Origin: the human T2T-CHM13v2.0 reference genome, Homo sapiens
Assembly (NCBI RefSeq): GCF_009914755.1
Contig: NC_060929.1
Direction: 5' to 3' (one strand)
DNA length: 64,000 nucleotides
Below, one piece after another: positions 56,026 through 64,000 of the stretch. Position numbers and translations under genes: made by a program. The first letter of the stretch is position 1. Every line of letters starts with the position of its first letter. The notes under the pieces are model-generated. The model was not told the origin of the DNA and ran no database searches. It saw only the letters and a list, made by a program, of their open reading frames with translations.

Positions 56026-56707
56026 GTCAGGGAGGACTTATTTCAATTTGCTTCAATTGTACCATCTTCATGTGAAAAATATCTCACAACTTTCTTATAT
56101 AGTTCTTATTTGTTTTATGAAATTTTTACATAATAGGATCGGCTCTTTGCTAAAGTTGAGTGTGCATTTTGATTCTTTTTCCTCTCAAGCATTTTTGAGC
56201 GCTAGAGTGGAGAAAAGGAAGTAAACAGAAAAATGGCAAGTATGATGCGTAATGAATTAAAGTTATTTTCCCCAAAATTTCCCCTAATTTTCTAAATGAT
56301 AGAAACCAAATAGAAGAGCCTTTTTTGGGAAATAGTGTTATTCCTAGAGATCCCTAAGAGCTTTGATAGTCATTTTAATTCATCATTTTTAGAAGTTCTA
56401 AACTGCTTTTCGTTTTTGAATTTGATAATCGTCATTTACCAATTTCTCCTACCCTAAGAGATAGTATATAAAACATGGTCTATAGTAGACTATTGCCTGG
56501 ACAGAAAACAATGGCCAGAAAACAAATTAACATGTAAAAACATGCTTAGTCAAGGCTTTTTGATTCCCTTATCAACTCTTCAGAGATAAATATGATTAAA
56601 AGTTTGGTACATATTCTTCCAATTTTTATGCAACTTATGTGCAAACTTACACCTAGAGAAACTTTTCTATATTCCCTGCTCTGTACCTAGTCTCTTAAGC
56701 TAGCTAG

Positions 56708-56883
56708 CTTTCTTTTCTCTTTCTTTTTTTCCTTCCTTCCTTCCTTCCTTCCTTCCTTCCTTCCTTCCTTCCTTCCTTCCTTCCTTCCCTCCCTCCCTCC
56801 CTCCCCTTCTTTCCTCTTCTTCCTTCCTTCCTTTTTCTTTCTTTCTCTTCCTTTTTCTTTCTGTCTTTCCTTCTTTTCTTCTT
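56708..56883. repeat. Polypyrimidine tract with (TTCC)n and (CTCC)n
   Basis: Perfect (CCTT)n at ~56731-56786; mirror-repeat, H-DNA-capable. Confidence 0.95.
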
Positions 56884-56889
56884 GTAATT

Positions 56890-59626
<2,737 letters not shown>

Positions 59627-60892
59627 TTATTATATTTATAAGTTTATTGGTATAAAGTTATACTTTATTCCTGTATGACACTTTGACCTCAAATTTTAGC
59701 CTTTAATCTGTGTCTCTATGCTTAATTTTTTTAAATCTTATTTCTTTATTCTTGGGAATATCTGCAAGAAGTTTTTATTTTAATACTATTTTGAAAAAGG
59801 AAGCTTACTTTAATAAATTATGCTTATTTAAAGTGTTAATTTCTATTTTACTTTTATTGCTTCTGCTATCTAACTTTCTCTAAGAGAAGACTACCAGTAC
59901 ATGTGGATGCATAGTTTCTTGATAAAATTGATGACTCACTCTACTGAAAAACAAATAAAAAAAAATCTGAGTTCATTATGCATTTCATTCCTTAGGTAGA
60001 ATATTTTAATATTTTAGCACTTATATTTCTAAATTGTTTTTATTCTTCTTTGATTCATTTATCATAGTATCTTGCTTTTGATTTATGGATGCCATATGGT
60101 CTCAATTTCCATGGAGAATACTAACTCTCTTCTTTCTTGTATTAACTCTGTTTCATTAGAAAAATGACATTTACTGCCTTTGAGCTTCTTTTCAGAATAC
60201 TGAGTATGTTCCTGTGTCACCTTATTTGCCAATAGTGCCAATTTTTAGAATGGAGGGTGTAGATCCATCCTTTGCAACTGGTGAGGACCTCCTCAGTAAG
60301 GCACTGAGCCAGGAGTCTATACAGCCATGCCAACAGGTAAGTATGCTCACCTTCTTCTCTGGGTTACAAAGTCAATTCGCATTGCTACAGGCATATCTTT
60401 TGACCATGACAACGCTTTGTGGGTTTTTTGTTTTGTTTTTGCTTATTTTTATTTTCTTTACTAGGGAAACAGTACACACTCATACTAAAAAGGCATTCTT
60501 TTCTTGTCTGTGGTGGAATTGTCCAAGTTGTTTGGCCTGATCTCCAGGGTCGACTTTCTAAACCAACAAGTTTTTAATCCTCTGATGGCAGAATATTAGG
60601 AGTGTCTGTTTCTGGCCTGGATTTTAGTTGCTGAGGTTATAAGTATGTAGGGAAAGAATTACTGTAGAAATTAAAGTTTCCAGGGATTTTATTGCTGTGC
60701 TGAGTCATTTATCCTTCTTGTGTTTTGGGGCTGAAAGTTAGCTGGAGAACTATTTATCTTTTCTCTCTCTTCTAATGCCAGTAATCCAAGTCTACTTTGC
60801 CAAAGTCCCAATTTTCTATTGATTAAGCTAAACTTCCGCATGGTGTGAATGCTACAGTTAAATGCATTCTGTGTTTAGAAAAGGCACAGTTC

Positions 60893-61067
60893 TTAAAGTC
60901 ACGCTGCCATCTTCCACAGGGCTTCCATATCACTTCCTCTTTCAACCCTGAGTTGTGGATTATTTTATTGAAAAAATATTATTTCTAATGTTTCAAAAAG
61001 CTTTCCTTTGCTTGAGTTCAGTTATGAGTGATATCTACTTGTCTTCATCAAGAAATTTTTTAGCTGA
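60893..61067 (+). repeat. Dispersed direct repeat, copy 1 (~175 bp)
   Basis: ccacagggcttcc.tatcacttcctctttcaaccctgagtt... recurs at 61917-62092. Confidence 0.95.
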
Positions 61068-61191
61068 TTTGATGGCTGATGCCTGTAATCCCAGGACTTT
61101 AGGAGGCTGAGGTGGGAGGATCACTTGAGCCCATGAGTTTGAGATCAGCCTGGGCAACACAGTGAGACCCTGTCTCTCCAAAAAAAAAAAA
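61062..61191 (+). mobile_element. FLAM_C-like monomer
   Basis: gcctgtaatccca...ggaggatcacttgagccc...ctgggcaacacagtgagaccctgtctc plus poly(A). Confidence 0.9.
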
Positions 61192-61789
61192 GAGAATGTC
61201 TTCAATTTCTTGTCCATTGATAGTACATGTCTCTGGTACAATGCCTTTCTTTCTCTTCATTTTTCTTACATGCAATTTTTGTTGGTAATTAAAATAATAT
61301 TTGGGAAAGAAAAAATGTATCCAGATAAATATGTCATCAAGAAATTAGAATTTGTAATCGGGTTCATTTAACAATTAATAGTTTTCCACATGTGACTCTT
61401 CTTCCAATAATTTCTTTCTAGGGCATTCTAAACTCTCAAATGTCACCCATGCACTTTGCCACCTTTAGTGAAAGCTGTAGAGTTACAGTAGAGTTTGTTC
61501 AGAATCTGTGGCTCCTTAGTGATGGAGAGCAATTTGTTCAGCATTCTATCGAAATAGGAAGGGTTAATGGCCTTGTTTGTCCTGAGGCTTTTTTTTCAGT
61601 CTCTGAAAATGGAATTGTATGTTAATATGTAAATGAATTCTATATTTTTTGCAGCTACACAGCTCTTTACTGGAGGGGACCTCGAATACAATTTCTCTAA
61701 AAACTAATGTAGGTCTCTTCTATTATTCCGAAAAGTCTGCCTCTTTTTTTTTTTTTTTTAACCTGTCAGGCATATTTGGTCTAACCTTC

Positions 61790-61916
61790 TATATCCAGGT
61801 AGGCAAGTTGTCATTTAGTTACATTTTGCAGATGTGGCAAGTGAGGCTCATAAAATTTAAGTAATTCTCAATATACCTAGTAATAAAACGCTAGAATCTA
61901 AATTGTCTATTTCTAA
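61790..61916 (-). mobile_element. MIR fragment
   Basis: cattttgcagatgtggcaagtgaggctca...taagtaatt. Confidence 0.6.
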
Positions 61917-62092
61917 TTAAAGTTATGCTGCTATCTCCCACAGGGCTTCCGTATCACTTCCTCTTTCAACCCTGAGTTATGGATTATTTTGTCAAAAAAC
62001 CTATTATTTCTAATGTTTAGGAAAGTTTTCCTTTGCTTGGGTTCAATTATGAATGATATCTATTTGTCATCATCAAGAAATTTTTCAGCTGA
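61917..62092 (+). repeat. Dispersed direct repeat, copy 2 (~176 bp)
   Basis: About 85-90% identical by eye to 60893-61067. Confidence 0.95.
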
Positions 62093-63559
62093 GCTGCTTC
62101 TACATCAAATGAGCTCTCTAAATTTATGAATAAAAATTAGTAAAAAATATTTTATCAAGTATCTAATCTGTGTGATATACCAATATGGCTAGGAGGGATG
62201 TGCAAAAGTGAGTATGGCATGATTCTGAAGAGTTAACAATGATCACGTTGAAGAAAGAAGCAGGGAAGATATAAAATAATATCGCTGTGCTCATTGACAG
62301 AGACAATAACCATTATAAACAACCAGAAGAACAATAGAAAGATGCACAGTAAGCACAGGTTTTTATTGTCAGAACAGCATCTTTACGATGTTATAGAACT
62401 GGAGTTGTCTCAGGCATGTTAACTTAAAAAAGTTTCCTGGAGTATCCTGGAGAATTTGATATCTCTAGAAACTGTTGCCTGTGTTGTGTCATCAAGGATG
62501 CTTCCTGGGCTCCTGGTGGCTCCTTGGCTCCAGTTATTGACCATGACATTTGGTGTCTGTCCTACTTGGCTCTGGATGTTCTTGACCCCTGGATGCCCCT
62601 GTTCACCCTTGTGACCTGGGCCTCTACCAGGTTCTGAACCTGCTGATTCCTTGCTGCTTCCTTGCTGCTTTTCAGTACTGACTTCTGCAAATTCCTGGTT
62701 TAAATTCTGCTTAGCCCAGCAGTGAGTGCCAGTGGGGACATATGTAGGCAAAGTGAATGGAGGGTTATATAACTGCCCAAACAACTCTTGCCAATTTCAG
62801 TTCAGCCAGAAGTATTCATTTTGATGTGGGTTAGGTATATAGAAAAGGAATCTCTTAATCAGACCTCTTAATTTAGTAATTCCTGGTTTCAATATTACAT
62901 ACAATAAAGGAGTCCTAGTTTTATTATTACCCAATGTACTGAGTAGAGACAATTAAAATATAATCTGTAACTAAGAGATCTGTTGTAGAAAAGATAACTA
63001 AAAATGGAAAATCCCAAATGTTATCATTCTGGATAGAAGGCAATCTACAATAGGGAGGTAGTTTTAAAAATATAAAATTATCCTGTTTTATTTGGATAGT
63101 TCAGGACAATGGACACATTTACTTTTATGTTATTTGAGCCTCTGGGTTAGAAGGAGATCTCCTCTCTCTCTCTCTTTCTCTTTCTCCTCCTCCTCCACCA
63201 CACACCTTCTCTCTCCTTTCCTTCCTTTCTCTATTCCTCTTTTCTCTTTCTCTCTTTCTATTTCTGTCTTTCAAGCTGAGTATATCTATTATATATAAAG
63301 AGAAGTTAGAGGGACCTTGATCTCCAAGATAAACTAATTGTAATCAATGTTTTCATAGAAGTGTCTTGTGCAAAACAAGTTTACTGAAAATGGGAGAATT
63401 TTGTCTGCTTGTTTGTAAAAGATGGTTCTTGAGCACTGTTGTAGAAGAAAAGATCCTATCTCTCACTGAAGACTATTATATTATCAGTATCAATCCACCG
63501 TCAGGAACAAAAAATAAAGAGGTCAAGCTTTATGAATGTTCCAGTTGTTCTTTATATTC

Positions 63560-63851
63560 ACTTGCACTTTGTAATTTTTTTTTTGAATTTTAGGCAATTC
63601 TCTAGGTGTATAGAGGTTATGGTTTTAGTTTGCATTTCTCTAGTCACTACCTACATTGAATACATCATTCACAATCTTGAACAACTTTCACATAATTTTC
63701 TTAGTTGCTACCCGTATCTTTTCTCTGGTGAATGTTTATTCATTCTTTAATCCAAATTTCATTTGCTATCTTCTTATTATACAATTGTAAGTCTTTATGT
63801 AATCTAGATACACATGCTTTATCAGATATGTGTTTTGTAAATATATTCCTT
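63560..63851 (-). mobile_element. Old L1ME fragment
   Basis: tggttttagtttgcatttctct...ttctctggtgaatgtttattca...ctttatcagatatgtgttttgtaaatatattc. Confidence 0.7.
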
Positions 63852-64000
63852 TGTTACAGAACCAAACCTGGTTCAACTTGCCTGGCATAGGAAAGCCAAA
63901 AATCCACACCAAGATTTTGCAGCTAGAGAAAAGAGGGCATTTATTCAGAGGGCACCAAGCAAGGAGAACTGGATAGCTCACACTTAAGACCTGACCACCC
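63852..64000 (-). mobile_element. MER31-like ERV1 LTR (cut by window edge)
   Basis: tgttacagaaccaaacctgg...aaagccaaa...gcatttatt...gggcaccaagcaaggagaa...gctcacacttaagacc. Confidence 0.7.

Noticed and set aside
62419-62784. 121-aa minus-strand ORF with G/P content suggestive of collagen-like sequence
   Set aside because: No sustained Gly-X-Y register or exon boundaries; likely chance in a GC-richer patch.

Overview
AT-rich primate (human/great-ape-like) genomic DNA, dominated by interspersed repeats. These include about 14 Alu/FLAM copies, L1 pieces from old L1M to a young L1PA2-like insert, MaLR/ERV LTRs (THE1D, MLT1, MER21, LTR16, LTR33, MER31), L2/L3/MIR relics and DNA-transposon remnants (Tigger2a, MER5, half MADE1). 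I find no confident protein-coding gene, RNA gene, CpG island or CRISPR array. The long ORFs in the track come from repeats. The window reads like a large intron or intergenic region. The most unusual structures are: (1) a ~1.4 kb almost pure (TA)nAA array attached to a partly duplicated FLAM; (2) two independent fold-back palindromes in which unique flank is inverted across an AT-rich core (18.5 kb, 30.8 kb), plus a micro-version at 46.0 kb; (3) a ~175 bp non-tandem local duplication (60.9/61.9 kb); (4) a 5'-inverted L1; (5) a solo Hsmar1 TIR with an intact SETMAR site; (6) repeat-free islands carrying RFX X-box motifs and one weak candidate terminal exon. I cannot support a novel multi-gene system. 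Repeat family calls come from recalled consensus sequences, so subfamilies and boundaries of old elements are approximate.
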